Part shown: positions 26,940 to 38,686 of the stretch, piece after piece
Layout of the letters: every line of letters begins with the position of its first letter
Numbering within the stretch: position 1 is the stretch's first letter
Source of the DNA: Kiritimatiellia bacterium
GTDB lineage: Bacteria; Verrucomicrobiota; Kiritimatiellia; RFP12; UBA1067
Reading direction: 5' to 3'
NCBI GenBank assembly: GCA_017628025.1
Contig: JAGBZX010000041.1
Span: 1 to 60,834, forward strand
Length of the DNA stretch: 60,834 bases
The notes under the pieces: model-generated
Told to the model about the DNA's origin: nothing
Database searches by the model: none
The model's input: only the letters and a program-made list of their open reading frames with translations
Position numbers and translations under genes: made by a program

Positions 26940-29384
26940 CTATTTAAATCGGACCTCTGAGCTTTTTACTCCATCGGCATATGCCTTAAGAACGACATCG
27001 CCTTTGCCTTCACGCCTTACAGCTAATCCCATTCGGCCAAAACGAAGCGGATGAGAAGTTACATCCTTAAATGAATCATGTCCGCGAGGATTGCCGTTGC
27101 CGACAGAAATAATTTTGCCATTCGAAGAAATTTCAAATCGCACACGTCTTTCATCACGCGCAATTAAATTACCATTAGCATCTTGAAGCGTAACTTCAAC
27201 AAAAACAATATCTTCACCCTCTGGCAATGTCTTAGACTCTGGTTTTAAAACAAGCTTTTCAGGCTTTGATGCTGTCTCAATTTTGGACACGCCTGCCACA
27301 GAACCATCTTTGTTGTAAGCGACGACTTTCAACTCGCCTTGCTCATATACAACATCGTCCCAAATAAGACGATAACGATTAAGACCATCGTAAGAACGTT
27401 TTGCAACAATTGCCTTTGGATCTTTTTTCCTTCTTCCTAATGATTTACCGTTAAGGAAAAGCTCTGCCTCATCTACACTTGTATAGACATATACAGGCAC
27501 AATCTTACCTTTGCGCTCAGGGAATGTCCAATGAGACGGCACAATATGCAAAGTAAACTCATTTTTGTTCCATTGAGATTTATAAAGATACGTCCTGTCT
27601 TTTGGAAAACACAATATATCATAAATACCATAATAAGTACTGCGAGCGCATTTTTCAAGAGGTATCACAACATCAGATCTACCTATTAGGTTCGTGCCTG
27701 AATAAGGCGTAGGCTCTCCTATATAATCAATGCCCACCCATACAAACTGACCGCAAATATAAGGATCATTTTCAACTGCTTCAAACTCTCTATCAGGAAT
27801 ATCGCTCCAAGCATTGCAATTCCTATCGTAAGAGTCTACACTCATATCTTCTATTGCAAAATCCACTTTGTTTGTCGGCAAATTCTTCGCATAATATCCA
27901 AACTCAGACATTGTAGCGGAAGTTTCAGAATATATCATTGCCTTATCTGGATGAGTATTCTTCATCCATCTGTATGAGCGGCAATAGTTCCAACCAACAA
28001 TATCAAGCGGGTCGTAATCGCCCCTTGGTACTGCTTCTGGAAAACAACTCGCCATGCCGACAGGTCTAGTCTTATCGAGACTTCTTACAACATTACGAAA
28101 CATCTGAGAGCGTTCTGCGCTAGTTCCTATCGCAGCAGTCGCTACCCAATGCTCTTGTCCTGGAGGAACATCCTCGTTTGGACTGATCTCATTACCAATC
28201 GACCAAATAATTACTGAAGGATGGTTTCTATCGCGACGAATAAATTCTTTAAGCTTTTCTGGAACATATGTCTCAATTGGTTCGTCGCCAATACCAGCAG
28301 TCGTGTTCCATTTATCAAAACACTCATCCCAGACTAAAAGCCCTAATTCATCGCAAAGTTCGAGCGTTTCTGGCGAATGCGGATTATGTGCCAAGCGCAC
28401 TGCGTTAGCACCTAAATCTCGAATCGCCTGAAGTTGGCGTTTATTAGTCGAACGATTGTAGGCGACACCAAGAATACCTAAATCGGAATGAAGATTAACT
28501 CCTTTTATCTCAACTCTCCTCCCATTAAGGAAAAAACCTTTATGAGGATCAAACTTAAAATCTCTAAAGCCAACCTTTAATGAAATTTCATCCTTGTCAG
28601 AAAATGTTACAATAAGTTTATAGAGTTTTGCACTCTGCCCATCAACATCCCAAAGTTCTGTAGAACGGGTATTTAGATTCAATTCAAAACATGCTTTGTC
28701 GTATGGGCTTATTTCGACTTTCACTGCACCTTTTGCAACTAAATTTCCAGATGGAGAATAAAGAGAGGCTTTTACCGTCCCTTCTGCATCTTTATGACGC
28801 CTACTAGTAACAGCACCCTTGATGTTAAGAACTGACTTTTGCGTACTGACAACGGGAGTTGTTACATATAAATCTCTCTCGTCTAAATACAAATCATCAG
28901 TTTCTACCATCCTTACACGCCTATACATTCCACCGCCTGGATACCAACGAGAAGTTAATTTTGTTGTATCGGCTTTTACTTTAATCTCATTTAAACCAGG
29001 TTTAAGATAAGGCGTAATATCTGCCTTCACACCGAGATAACCATACTGTTGACGCGCACATGACGAACCATTTACATATATCGTTGAATCGCACATGATA
29101 CCATCAAAATCAAGAAAAACACGCCTATTGAGAGGTTTTTCTTTAAGCGTAATCATCTTACGGTACCAGGCAATTCGCTTATATGGAAGTTTACCTGTAT
29201 GAGGGTCTCCTATTGGATTAAAAGGCCCTTCAATCGCCCAATCATGAGGGATTTCAACACCTACAAAGGTTTTACCATCACTTGAGAATTCCCACCCCTG
29301 ATTGAAATTAGTCACAACCCTTTCGGCAAAGACTGCTGCAGACATGCCTGCAACAACAAGCATAGTTGATATTTTGATTTTCAT
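26940..29384 (-). CDS. Secreted glycoside hydrolase family 2 (beta-galactosidase-like)
   Basis: PHDW, SRWYPGGGMYR, KGVNLHSDLG, R.AHNP, RDRNHPSVIIWSIGNE, DYIGEPTP; signal peptide from MKIKI (start 29384). Confidence 0.92.
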   Translation of the reverse strand: MKIKISTMLVVAGMSAAVFAERVVTNFNQGWEFSSDGKTFVGVEIPHDWAIEGPFNPIGDPHTGKLPYKRIAWYRKMITLKEKPLNRRVFLDFDGIMCDSTIYVNGSSCARQQYGYLGVKADITPYLKPGLNEIKVKADTTKLTSRWYPGGGMYRRVRMVETDDLYLDERDLYVTTPVVSTQKSVLNIKGAVTSRRHKDAEGTVKASLYSPSGNLVAKGAVKVEISPYDKACFELNLNTRSTELWDVDGQSAKLYKLIVTFSDKDEISLKVGFRDFKFDPHKGFFLNGRRVEIKGVNLHSDLGILGVAYNRSTNKRQLQAIRDLGANAVRLAHNPHSPETLELCDELGLLVWDECFDKWNTTAGIGDEPIETYVPEKLKEFIRRDRNHPSVIIWSIGNEISPNEDVPPGQEHWVATAAIGTSAERSQMFRNVVRSLDKTRPVGMASCFPEAVPRGDYDPLDIVGWNYCRSYRWMKNTHPDKAMIYSETSATMSEFGYYAKNLPTNKVDFAIEDMSVDSYDRNCNAWSDIPDREFEAVENDPYICGQFVWVGIDYIGEPTPYSGTNLIGRSDVVIPLEKCARSTYYGIYDILCFPKDRTYLYKSQWNKNEFTLHIVPSHWTFPERKGKIVPVYVYTSVDEAELFLNGKSLGRRKKDPKAIVAKRSYDGLNRYRLIWDDVVYEQGELKVVAYNKDGSVAGVSKIETASKPEKLVLKPESKTLPEGEDIVFVEVTLQDANGNLIARDERRVRFEISSNGKIISVGNGNPRGHDSFKDVTSHPLRFGRMGLAVRREGKGDVVLKAYADGVKSSEVRFK

Positions 29385-29404
29385 ATTTTCTTTTGTATTA
29401 AATA

Positions 29405-30283
29405 TTAATACTGCGGATTTGCGCAATGCTTGTCAAATTCTGCACGAAGAGCTGGCATAAGCGAATCGTTCTTAACCATACGAACAGCATTAACGAGATT
29501 AGTTATATGAATATCCATAAAGAATTCACCCATCTCTTTTGTTGCCTTCGATGGATCGCCGTAAGATTGAGTATCACATTCAGCATACCAATCGATTGGT
29601 GTAAAAAGGCGTGCCTTTGACATATCTCTCTGGCGATATTTTGGCATTGATTCCTCAACATTAATCTTATCCATATGCACTAACTCTGGGAATGCATAGA
29701 GCATAAGTGATGTTTCATAAATGCAAGCGTGGCCATAGGTTGGAACTTCTCCAAAGCGCCTTCTCCACTCTGCATAGTTCTTGTTCGAAAACTTATCTTC
29801 ATGATAATAAACATTGTATGTTCTTGGCTTTTCTAGGCGTGAACGGACAAATGACTGTAAAAACCCACTATTACCACCATGGCAGTTAACAATTACAACG
29901 TTAGTGCAGCCGTTTCTAGCAAACTCATTGCATAAATCATCAAGAACTGCCGTCAATGTGTTATGAGAAATAGCTACTGTGCCGAGCCAGTGTTTAGATT
30001 CCCATACTGCGCCAAGATTACCAATATTGTAAACTAAAACTGGTTCAATTTCTGAGGCCTTCTCACAGAGATACATACCTACTAAAGAATCTGTTCCCAG
30101 AGGAAGATGGCGACCATGCTTTTCAACGCAACCAAATGGCAATAGAACAGTTCCCTTTGCTAGATCTCTGGCCTCTTTAAACTCATTCAATGAAAGCTTA
30201 TCCCAAACTAACGCCTTGGGTAAAGCCATTGCATTAAAAGCGACCATTGTTAACGCCACGATACTTGCTACTTTGATGTTCAT
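29405..30283 (-). CDS. Creatininase-family amidohydrolase with signal peptide
   Basis: LPFGCVEKHGRHLPLGTD, NCHGGN, GHACIYETS, GDPSKAT.E.G. Confidence 0.88.
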   Translation of the reverse strand: MNIKVASIVALTMVAFNAMALPKALVWDKLSLNEFKEARDLAKGTVLLPFGCVEKHGRHLPLGTDSLVGMYLCEKASEIEPVLVYNIGNLGAVWESKHWLGTVAISHNTLTAVLDDLCNEFARNGCTNVVIVNCHGGNSGFLQSFVRSRLEKPRTYNVYYHEDKFSNKNYAEWRRRFGEVPTYGHACIYETSLMLYAFPELVHMDKINVEESMPKYRQRDMSKARLFTPIDWYAECDTQSYGDPSKATKEMGEFFMDIHITNLVNAVRMVKNDSLMPALRAEFDKHCANPQY

Positions 30284-30298
30284 AATTTTATCCTTATT

Positions 30299-31123
30299 TT
30301 ATTTAAATAATACACGACAATAAATACCGCTAGGGCATTGAAACGACGAGCCCTCTAAAAGCATTTCTCCTGACTCCAAGGAAGCCGTCGGAAAAATTTG
30401 CGAAAGAATGTTCTCTGCTACTATTGGAGAGAGACCAGGTGTGTGAGAAGAAAAAAGAACAAATAACGGTTTTTCAGACAGAAGTTCCTTAACTAATGAC
30501 AAGGTCTCAGAGAGATCCTTCTCAATTTTGTACATTTCACCAGACGCACCGCGCCCAAACGTAGGAGGATCTAGAACGATAGCGTCGTATTTTCGACCGC
30601 GACGTATTTCGCGGCGCATAAACTTATGAGCATCATCAACTATCCAGCGAATATTATCTAATTTGTTTTCCGCGGCATTCCTGCGCGCCCACTCAACCAT
30701 TCCTTTAGAAGCATCTAGATGACACGCTTGTGCTCCAGCTAATGCCGCTGCCATCGTACTGCCGCCAGAATAAGCAAAAAGATTTAGTAGATTTATCTTG
30801 CGCGGGGTGTTTTTTATCGTCTCATTTATCCATTTCCATTGCAAACGCTGCTCAGGAAATATACCTAAGTGACCAAAATCTGTACCACCTAAAATAAATT
30901 TAATGCCAGAAGTTTTAATAACCCATTCTTTTGGCAAATTACTACGCCCATGCCAACGATTACCATCAAGTCTATCGAATGACGCATCCGCATTTTCCCA
31001 GCGACGAGCTGGCAGATTCTTGCGCCACAACGCCTGAGAGCAGGGTCTAGAAAGAATAAACTTACCAAACCTTTCTAATTTGAACCCTTCTCCAGAGTCT
31101 ATAAGTTCATAATCGTCAATCAT
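30299..31123 (-). CDS. Class I SAM-dependent methyltransferase (RlmI/RlmK-like)
   Basis: YELIDSG.G.KLERFG, HLGIFPEQ, LNLFAYSG, DPPTFGRG. Confidence 0.88.
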   Translation of the reverse strand: MIDDYELIDSGEGFKLERFGKFILSRPCSQALWRKNLPARRWENADASFDRLDGNRWHGRSNLPKEWVIKTSGIKFILGGTDFGHLGIFPEQRLQWKWINETIKNTPRKINLLNLFAYSGGSTMAAALAGAQACHLDASKGMVEWARRNAAENKLDNIRWIVDDAHKFMRREIRRGRKYDAIVLDPPTFGRGASGEMYKIEKDLSETLSLVKELLSEKPLFVLFSSHTPGLSPIVAENILSQIFPTASLESGEMLLEGSSFQCPSGIYCRVLFK

Positions 31124-32814
31124 TTTATTGAACCTTTCGATGAAGCGCCGAAACGCACTCTCTCTGGAACTTTCGGTAGAAAAGAATTTTTTGCTCTCTG
31201 CCTAGAAAGTTCTTCTTCTCTGTCACTATCTAACCACCAACTCGTAAGAGCGCCTTCCTCACGTGAAAAACGAGGTAGTACATACTTTGGCGTACCAAAC
31301 TTATTCCAATAAAGAATTCTACTTTCTCTGCACTGCCAAAGCAAAACATAAGGCACCTCTGATGCGACTATAGCATCTATGCGTCTATATGTATCATTGC
31401 GTTCAAGTCTTGATTTCATTGAACGCTCTTCGTTTATTAATTTGTCTACCTCTTTGTTTTTAAAACCTGTAATATTATTAGACCCTTTTCTATCTGCCTC
31501 AGTTGAAAGCCATTGTATCGCTGGATATTTAACAAGCCCCGCTCCCCAAGCGGCAATAGTCATATCGAAATTGAAATCATCCATATCACGCATCCAACTA
31601 GCAAAGTCTTTGCGTTCAATTTTCATAGTTATACCAGCTTGGCGAAGGGCTTCTGAAAAAAGCGAAAGATACCTATCTTCATCTGCTCCTCTTGAAAGAT
31701 ATACAAATTCAAGTTTTTTATCACCCTTTATTCTTAATCCTGATTTACTGTCAAGCTTCCATCCTGCTTTATCAAGATACTCTGATGCCTTCTTTGGATT
31801 AAACTCAAAAAACTCATTTTTACAAGGTATCTCGTCAGAATATAAATCTGTGTAGTAAGACTTTAAAAGGAAATATTCTCCATGCATTAGCGTCTTATTC
31901 ATTCTTTCACGATCGACTAGATGAGCGATAGCTTTTCTAACATTTATATCATCAAATGGTGGCCTTCGCATATTCATCGCAAAACCCTGAAACCCTACCG
32001 GCGCTTCATTTTGCACTCTACGCTTGAGAATATAATTGCGACAAAATTCTTCGGAGAAGGTTTGTTGCGCCATTCTACTGGCAGAATACACTGGAAAATA
32101 GTCAATTTTGCCGCGCTTAAAAGCCGTAAACGCATTTTCGCGAGTCGCAAAATATTTAAATTTTATCCTATCAAAATTATATTTATCTTTTAGTTTTTCG
32201 TCAGTAGCTTTCCACCAATTTTTATTTCGCTTTAAAGTAGTTTCTATTTCATCAATTGAAGACTCATACGAATATGGCCCGCCCGACACTTCACCAATCA
32301 TATCGATGCGATTAAAATTTTGAGACTGAAAGCGATGACGCGGCAAAATCCAAAAAGAAGAGCAATTTAAAATATCACGCCAATCTTCTGGCGAGTCGCC
32401 TTTTTTAACAAAAGTTACTGTGTAATCATTTTCTACAATGGGGCTATCAAAAAAAGCAAGCATCGCCTTCCATGGGCCAGTGTCATTGGCAGGCGACATA
32501 ATTGTATCAAATGTCCACTTTACATCGTGTGCAGTTACCTTTTGCCCATCACTCCAATAAGCCTTATCGTCGATTACAAAAGTATATCTACGTAAGTCTT
32601 GTGAGACGCTCCAGCTTTTTGCTAACGCACCTTCTAATTCGCCAGACTCCTCATCATACCCTAAAAGCGTCATGTAAACAAGCCCAAACGCTTCGCTAGT
32701 GTAGTGAGAATTATCTACATAAGCATTGGCGCTTTTCGGTGCGGTACCACCGAACATCGTTATTTGACCGCCCTTCAGGACGGTCGCTGCGATGATTAGC
32801 GCCAAAAAGTTCAT
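31120..32814 (-). CDS. ABC transporter solute-binding protein family 5 (YejA/OppA-like)
   Basis: [34 protein letters not shown]. Confidence 0.85.
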   Translation of the reverse strand: MNFLALIIAATVLKGGQITMFGGTAPKSANAYVDNSHYTSEAFGLVYMTLLGYDEESGELEGALAKSWSVSQDLRRYTFVIDDKAYWSDGQKVTAHDVKWTFDTIMSPANDTGPWKAMLAFFDSPIVENDYTVTFVKKGDSPEDWRDILNCSSFWILPRHRFQSQNFNRIDMIGEVSGGPYSYESSIDEIETTLKRNKNWWKATDEKLKDKYNFDRIKFKYFATRENAFTAFKRGKIDYFPVYSASRMAQQTFSEEFCRNYILKRRVQNEAPVGFQGFAMNMRRPPFDDINVRKAIAHLVDRERMNKTLMHGEYFLLKSYYTDLYSDEIPCKNEFFEFNPKKASEYLDKAGWKLDSKSGLRIKGDKKLEFVYLSRGADEDRYLSLFSEALRQAGITMKIERKDFASWMRDMDDFNFDMTIAAWGAGLVKYPAIQWLSTEADRKGSNNITGFKNKEVDKLINEERSMKSRLERNDTYRRIDAIVASEVPYVLLWQCRESRILYWNKFGTPKYVLPRFSREEGALTSWWLDSDREEELSRQRAKNSFLPKVPERVRFGASSKGSIK

Positions 32815-34013
32815 AACGCCTTCTTAAATCGTTCAATTGACTCAAGGACATTTTCGCGAGAATTAAAGGCACTAATGCGAATAAAACCTTCGCCAGCAGC
32901 ACCAAAGCCCGCACCTGGAGTTGTCACAACATTCGCTGATTTAAGTATCTTATCGAAAAACTCCCATGAGGAACATTTTACATCAACCCAAACATATGGG
33001 GAATCAACACCACCAACGCATGTATAGCCCAATGAAGTCATAGCCTGGCGTATTAACCTAGCGTTTTCTAGATAAAAATCGATTGTCGATCGAATTTGAG
33101 CGCGTCCCTCAGGCGAATAAATCGCCTCTGCACCACGCTGGGTTAGGTAACTGGCGCCATTAAATTTAGTTGTTTGACGGCGAGTCCACATTGGCTTAAG
33201 TTGCGTTTTTACTCCATTAGCATCTAACGCTTCAACTTCTGTTTGAACAACAGTGTATCCGCATCTAACACCAGTAAAGCCAGCTGTTTTAGAAAAGCTT
33301 CTAAATTCTATTGCACACTTGCGAGCACCTTCTATTTCGTAAATCGAATGAGGAATTTCGGGCGTGCGAATAAATGCTTCATATGCCGCATCAAACAAAA
33401 TAAGCGATGAATTCTCGTTTGCCCAATCCACCCATGCTTTGAGTTGTTGCTTGGTTGCGACAGCACCAGTTGGATTATTTGGATAGCAAAGATAAACCAC
33501 ATCTGGCTTTTCATTGGCAATATCATCTGGCGTTGGAACAAAACCATTTTCCTTTGTACAAAGCATATAAACAATATTATCACGACCAGCCATAATATTA
33601 GTATCAACATATACTGGATAAACCGGATCGGAAACTGCTATGCGAGTATCAGCGGAAAAGAGTTCTTGAATATTGCCGCAGTCACATTTAGCGCCATCGG
33701 AAACGAAAATCTCATCTGCCGAAATTTGAATATTATTTTCCGCAAAATCAACCGCCGCGATTTTATCGCGGAGAAATTGATAGCCCTGCTCTGGGCCATA
33801 ACCATGAAATGACTCGCGATGGGCTTCGTCTTCAACTGCGCGATGCATTGCTTCAACGACTGCGGGACACAACGGCTCAGTAACATCGCCAATACCAAGG
33901 CGAATAATTTGAGCCTCTGGATTTTTTTCTTTATGTTGAGCAACGCGATGAGCAATTTCAGCAAACAAATATGTGGGCTTAATCTTAGAATAATTTGAAT
34001 TGATCTTGAGCAT
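32811..34013 (-). CDS. dapL: LL-diaminopimelate aminotransferase
   Basis: [54 protein letters not shown]. Confidence 0.95.
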   Translation of the reverse strand: MLKINSNYSKIKPTYLFAEIAHRVAQHKEKNPEAQIIRLGIGDVTEPLCPAVVEAMHRAVEDEAHRESFHGYGPEQGYQFLRDKIAAVDFAENNIQISADEIFVSDGAKCDCGNIQELFSADTRIAVSDPVYPVYVDTNIMAGRDNIVYMLCTKENGFVPTPDDIANEKPDVVYLCYPNNPTGAVATKQQLKAWVDWANENSSLILFDAAYEAFIRTPEIPHSIYEIEGARKCAIEFRSFSKTAGFTGVRCGYTVVQTEVEALDANGVKTQLKPMWTRRQTTKFNGASYLTQRGAEAIYSPEGRAQIRSTIDFYLENARLIRQAMTSLGYTCVGGVDSPYVWVDVKCSSWEFFDKILKSANVVTTPGAGFGAAGEGFIRISAFNSRENVLESIERFKKAL

Positions 34014-34035
34014 TATTTTCTCCTAACAAGATAGA

Positions 34036-35538
34036 TTATTCATATTGCCTAGAAGGTAAATATCCTTCTATAGAAGCTAACGAAACAAGTAGCGTCGATA
34101 GAATAGCAGGTGACCTTAGCGGGCAGTCACCTGTAGCATGTACCATAATTGCGATTACACCAAGTAGAATAAAAAGAGCCGCCGCAGGTAACGCAAAGAT
34201 ATGAACTGGCGCAGGTATCTTTAGCCTTTCCTTTGAAAAGCGAATACTTATTATAAGCTGCTTCCATTGAACAAAAATAGGAGCAACAACTAATATCAAA
34301 ATCGATAGCAAGCATAGCGCACCAACCGCACCATGCTCTACCATAAACTGAAGATAGTCATTATGAACATTTGCCGCGCCCGAAGATAAGGTAGAAGCGA
34401 TTTCTTTCTTAGTCATATTCGGCATACGGAAATGCCAATATCCCCAACCGCCAACGCCAAATACGGGATATTGCTTCCAAATTCTCATTGCTACATCTGC
34501 ATGGCACTCTTTTTTGCCAGTCATCCTGTCAAGAACTTCTCGCGCATCAACTGTATCGATCTCACGCCGGACATCATTTGGCATAACTGAAAAACTAATA
34601 ACGACAACTAAGGCTAATACGGAAGCTGCTATTACACCGAGTTTAAAGCGCTTTGCACGTGGTAATTTAACTAACATAGACGCGACACTATGTACTAAAA
34701 AGAGAAGCGCTAGTAATGTAACAAGAATAATTGTCGCGCGTGATAGAGAATTAATCGCGGCAAAATAAGAAATAATAGTAGGAATACCTAGATAATGTTT
34801 TTTCCAGAAAAAATTGCGCGTTTGGGATAAATTAGAATGTTCCTCTTTCTTAGCAAGATTATTTACATCGTCTATATTCCTGCGCCATGTAGCAAACCCA
34901 AGAGCAAAAATAGCCGTAAAAAAAGCTCCTGCCATATTTGAATAGCCAAAAGTTGAAAAGAAATGAATCCTCTGACCTTCTATCTCTCCCCAAAATGGCG
35001 CATCGGCGCCCGTAATCTCTTGGATAGCCCCAAATAACGCTAAAGCAAAGCCATTCCAGACTAAGGTCTTTATTAGAAGACGTTTACCAGCGCGCAAACA
35101 AGAATGCTTTACTGCTAAAACCGCTAATAGCGAAGGCACAAACCAAAGCATTACGCCAAAATGATGTATACGATTTACGCAAAATGGCAAAAATGGCAAC
35201 ATGGGCTTACTGTCTTCTCCAGCAGCAATCCGCGGAAAATCACATACCTGGCAAAGACCAGTGTTAATTGTAGGTATAGTAAGAAGAACAATAAACGCGA
35301 CGATAACCCATGTTAACGCATCAGACTTTAATGATTTCCAGACTCTTGCTCGCGCTGCTTGAAGTGTTTCTTTTTCATAACGCTGAGGAAAAAAGAACAT
35401 GCCTTCTAATAAAATAAGTGTAAGCCATGGTATTACAGGAATCAAATAAGGCCCCATCGTACCACCAAAAACCCAAGAATACACTCCGAGAAGAAGTGCA
35501 ATTTTAAAGACAACAATATTATTATAAAACGACTTCAT
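34036..35538 (-). CDS. O-antigen ligase (Wzy_C)-family membrane protein
   Basis: Multi-TM; STFGYSN.AG, SLSRA, PVFGVGG.G, VHNDYLQFMVEHG.VG. Confidence 0.8.
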   Translation of the reverse strand: MKSFYNNIVVFKIALLLGVYSWVFGGTMGPYLIPVIPWLTLILLEGMFFFPQRYEKETLQAARARVWKSLKSDALTWVIVAFIVLLTIPTINTGLCQVCDFPRIAAGEDSKPMLPFLPFCVNRIHHFGVMLWFVPSLLAVLAVKHSCLRAGKRLLIKTLVWNGFALALFGAIQEITGADAPFWGEIEGQRIHFFSTFGYSNMAGAFFTAIFALGFATWRRNIDDVNNLAKKEEHSNLSQTRNFFWKKHYLGIPTIISYFAAINSLSRATIILVTLLALLFLVHSVASMLVKLPRAKRFKLGVIAASVLALVVVISFSVMPNDVRREIDTVDAREVLDRMTGKKECHADVAMRIWKQYPVFGVGGWGYWHFRMPNMTKKEIASTLSSGAANVHNDYLQFMVEHGAVGALCLLSILILVVAPIFVQWKQLIISIRFSKERLKIPAPVHIFALPAAALFILLGVIAIMVHATGDCPLRSPAILSTLLVSLASIEGYLPSRQYE

Positions 35539-36719
35539 TTCTGCGGCTCCTGAGAAATCCCAGCCTTATCTTCTTGGACGGCATTCTCTAAAGATTCTGA
35601 TTTTTGCTCTTGAGTAGTTTTATATGTATGAATGCGATAGCTGCGTATAGAATCTCTGAAGAGCAAAATACCCATTAATCCCAGAAGCACTACCATAAAT
35701 GCCATTGAAACACCTCTTACAAATTTCTCAGGTAATCGTCTGCGGAAAATAAGCGCAATAAGAGAAAAGAGTATAAGCCCACCATCAAGAACAGGTATTG
35801 GCAGAAGATTTAAAATAGCAAGGTTTACATTTAAAAAGCGCATAAACCCTAAGCCATCAGCAAAACTGTGCCTTACGCTAGAATAAATACCCTGAGCAAT
35901 ACAAACTGGCCCTCCTATCGCAGCACCGGTAGTCTTCATTTCAGCGGGTGTAACTAACCCCTTAAGTATGCGAAAAATACCAGTAGCGTCGTTTAAGAGC
36001 TGCTTTAAAGGATTCCTATCTGTCATCCAAGGAGCAGCCTTCGCATTTGAGTCAGAAACTGAAGCAATCTTTATGTAGCTAGCGCCTGTTTTTTCATCTT
36101 TCTCTGGCGTTACTTCAAATGTAAGCGTTTGACAGACATCGTTTGTACATCTTACAACTTCAAATTTAGACGCCTTTGTGCCAGCGATTTGGACTTCTAC
36201 AAGCATCTCTGTCCAGGTGGTAACTTTATTGCCATTAATTGAAATGACCTTATCGCCCTTCATTATACCTGCTTTCTCTGCTGGGCCTCCTGGAATTACC
36301 TGTCCAACTTCAGTTCCCAAAACACCAAACTTTGCCGATGGAATTAACGAAAGCGTTACAGCAAGTATAACCGCTAAGACGACATTCATTAATGGACCAG
36401 CAACAGCAACGCAGATTTCTTTCCACGGAGGGATAACTTTCTTCTCTGCGGAACTGCCGCCTTGGACAGCTTTTGTGCCTTCTGGATCAACATCTGGGAT
36501 AGACACATAGCCACCAAAAGGAATTAGCGAAATACGATATTCTACATCACCGATAGTTTTCTTCCAAATAGCAGGGCCAAATCCAATTGAAAAACGTTCT
36601 ACTTTAAGCCCTAATTTTAGTGCTACTATAAAATGACCAAATTCATGTATAGCAACTGCTAAAGAAAAGAAGAATACACACAAAACTATATAAGCAAATG
36701 TTACTAAAAGTTCAATCAT
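35535..36719 (-). CDS. rseP: RIP metalloprotease RseP (M50 + PDZ)
   Basis: HEFGH, FSIGFG, AGPLMN, PDZ, NLLPIPVLDGG; downstream of dxr. Confidence 0.92.
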   Translation of the reverse strand: MIELLVTFAYIVLCVFFFSLAVAIHEFGHFIVALKLGLKVERFSIGFGPAIWKKTIGDVEYRISLIPFGGYVSIPDVDPEGTKAVQGGSSAEKKVIPPWKEICVAVAGPLMNVVLAVILAVTLSLIPSAKFGVLGTEVGQVIPGGPAEKAGIMKGDKVISINGNKVTTWTEMLVEVQIAGTKASKFEVVRCTNDVCQTLTFEVTPEKDEKTGASYIKIASVSDSNAKAAPWMTDRNPLKQLLNDATGIFRILKGLVTPAEMKTTGAAIGGPVCIAQGIYSSVRHSFADGLGFMRFLNVNLAILNLLPIPVLDGGLILFSLIALIFRRRLPEKFVRGVSMAFMVVLLGLMGILLFRDSIRSYRIHTYKTTQEQKSESLENAVQEDKAGISQEPQK

Positions 36720-37707
36720 TGTTTAGCGCCTCTTCGCATTTTTTAATTATATCAGTATAAAGTATCTTGCCCTGTAAAAAATCATTAACGGCTTTTTCAT
36801 CGGCTTCTGCCAATCGCCTTGCGGCAGTTCCCCCAGACAAGAGAGCTTTTTTGGCTAAAGACAGCGCAGGGAAACGCTCTAAATCAGGAGCTCTAAACTC
36901 GAGTTTCCCAATTTGCGCTAAGTCTAGAACTTCTCGCTTAGATGGCAACCTTTGAGGCCAAGACAAAGCGTACTGTATAGCTACTCGCATATCAGGAGGT
37001 GAAAGTTGTGCTAAAGTCGCGCCGTCCTTAAACTCAACAAGCGAGTGAACTATCGATTGTGGATGAACCACAACATCAATTTTATCTGGTGGAATACTAA
37101 AAAGCCAATGAGCCTCTATTATCTCAAAACCTTTATTCATCATCGTTGATGAATCTATCGTAACCTTTGGGCCCATCTTCCAACTAGGGTGATTTAACGC
37201 TTCTTCAACAGTTACCTTACTTAAGTCAGAAGGCGAATCTAGGAAAGGACCTCCAGAGGCAGTTAATATCAAGCGTTCTACTTCTCCACCTTGCTGGATG
37301 CACTGAAAAATCGCACTATGTTCGCTATCTACTGGCAGCATCTTAACGCCGCGTCTTTTTGCCGCGGCCATTACTTTAGCGCCTTCCATAACTAGAACTT
37401 CTTTTGTTGCTAGAGCAATATCCATGCCCTTTTCGATAGCCGCTAGCGTGGGCTCTATGCCACTTTCACCAACCAACGCCACGAGGCATAAATCGGCGTC
37501 ATTTTCTTCAATTGCCTTAAGCGCGGCACCTTCGCCAACATAAGATTTTGCAGAAAATTCTGCTGCCAGTGCTTCACACTTCTCTTTGGATTTAAGCGCA
37601 ACAAAAGCAACGGGCTTAAATTCATTACGGTGTTCGCGCATTACTGCAACAGCACTATCACCAATTGACCCTGTTGCTCCTAAGACGATTATCTTCTTTG
37701 GTGTCAA
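36712..37707 (-). CDS. dxr: 1-deoxy-D-xylulose-5-phosphate reductoisomerase
   Basis: LGATGSIG, PVDSEHSAIFQ, LTASGGPF, HPSWKMGPKVTIDS, HPQSIVHS. Confidence 0.95.
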   Translation of the reverse strand: MTPKKIIVLGATGSIGDSAVAVMREHRNEFKPVAFVALKSKEKCEALAAEFSAKSYVGEGAALKAIEENDADLCLVALVGESGIEPTLAAIEKGMDIALATKEVLVMEGAKVMAAAKRRGVKMLPVDSEHSAIFQCIQQGGEVERLILTASGGPFLDSPSDLSKVTVEEALNHPSWKMGPKVTIDSSTMMNKGFEIIEAHWLFSIPPDKIDVVVHPQSIVHSLVEFKDGATLAQLSPPDMRVAIQYALSWPQRLPSKREVLDLAQIGKLEFRAPDLERFPALSLAKKALLSGGTAARRLAEADEKAVNDFLQGKILYTDIIKKCEEALNND

Positions 37708-37718
37708 AATTAATGCCC

Positions 37719-38660
37719 TTAGAAAATACGCTTACGCGAAAGAATAAAGAAAACGGTACCTATTGCAGCAGTCAAAAGCCCCGAGATACCCATCACAATT
37801 GCAAATGCATGCTGATTAGTTTGAAATGGTAGCCCAATATTCATACCATAGAGCGAAGCTATAAGAGTTGGTGCGGCCAACATAATAGTAGCTGCTGTTA
37901 AATACTTCATCACATTGTTAAGGTTGTTGTTGATGAGCGAGGCAAAAGTATCAAGCGTACCATTCAAAATGTTTGCATAAATAGTCGCAGTTTCTAACGC
38001 CTGCTGATATTCAACCATAGCATCTTCGAGGTTGTCTCGATCATCCTCTGAAAGCGTGAGCTGACGGGCTGTATTTGCACGAGCCAACGCTATCGAGTCA
38101 GCCTTTAATGATGTGGTAAAGTAAACAAAGGTCTTTTCAATTTGCAACAACTTCAAGAGTACTTCGTTTGAAATCGATTGATGCAATTCATCTTCAAGAG
38201 CAATTGTACGCTGATGAATGTCGTTAATATAGCGAAGGTATAGAACTCCTCCGTGCCATAAAAGTCGAAATGCGAAACGGTATTTATCGGACGGCGGACA
38301 AACGCGGCGGATTTGATCGAGAAACGCAGAAGTAACGGGCGTATGCGCACTGCAAACAGTAATTACAGAGTCACCAAATAAAATAATACCTAGTGGCACA
38401 GTCCTATAAGGAATAACCTCTTCGTCGCTAATTGACACTGGCACATGCACAATTAAAAGTACATTACCATCTTCGTGATCAAATCGCGGTCTTTCTCCAG
38501 TATCGAGCGGGTCTGTAAGAAAGTCTCTTGGTACGGCACTGAAGGACGCAACTCTTTCAAGTTCTGCGGTAGTTGGCTCAACTAAATTTATCCAACAAGA
38601 CGAAGCAAATTCGGCGGTCTCCTTTAATCCGCCATTTTCCCATTTATAAATGGTCATCAT
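37719..38660 (-). CDS. corA: CorA-family Mg2+ transporter
   Basis: NNNLNNVMK.LT...PTLIASLYGMN plus a second TM. Confidence 0.9.
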   Translation of the reverse strand: MMTIYKWENGGLKETAEFASSCWINLVEPTTAELERVASFSAVPRDFLTDPLDTGERPRFDHEDGNVLLIVHVPVSISDEEVIPYRTVPLGIILFGDSVITVCSAHTPVTSAFLDQIRRVCPPSDKYRFAFRLLWHGGVLYLRYINDIHQRTIALEDELHQSISNEVLLKLLQIEKTFVYFTTSLKADSIALARANTARQLTLSEDDRDNLEDAMVEYQQALETATIYANILNGTLDTFASLINNNLNNVMKYLTAATIMLAAPTLIASLYGMNIGLPFQTNQHAFAIVMGISGLLTAAIGTVFFILSRKRIF

Positions 38661-38686
38661 TTCGCTTCGCCCTCCTCTTTATTTAA

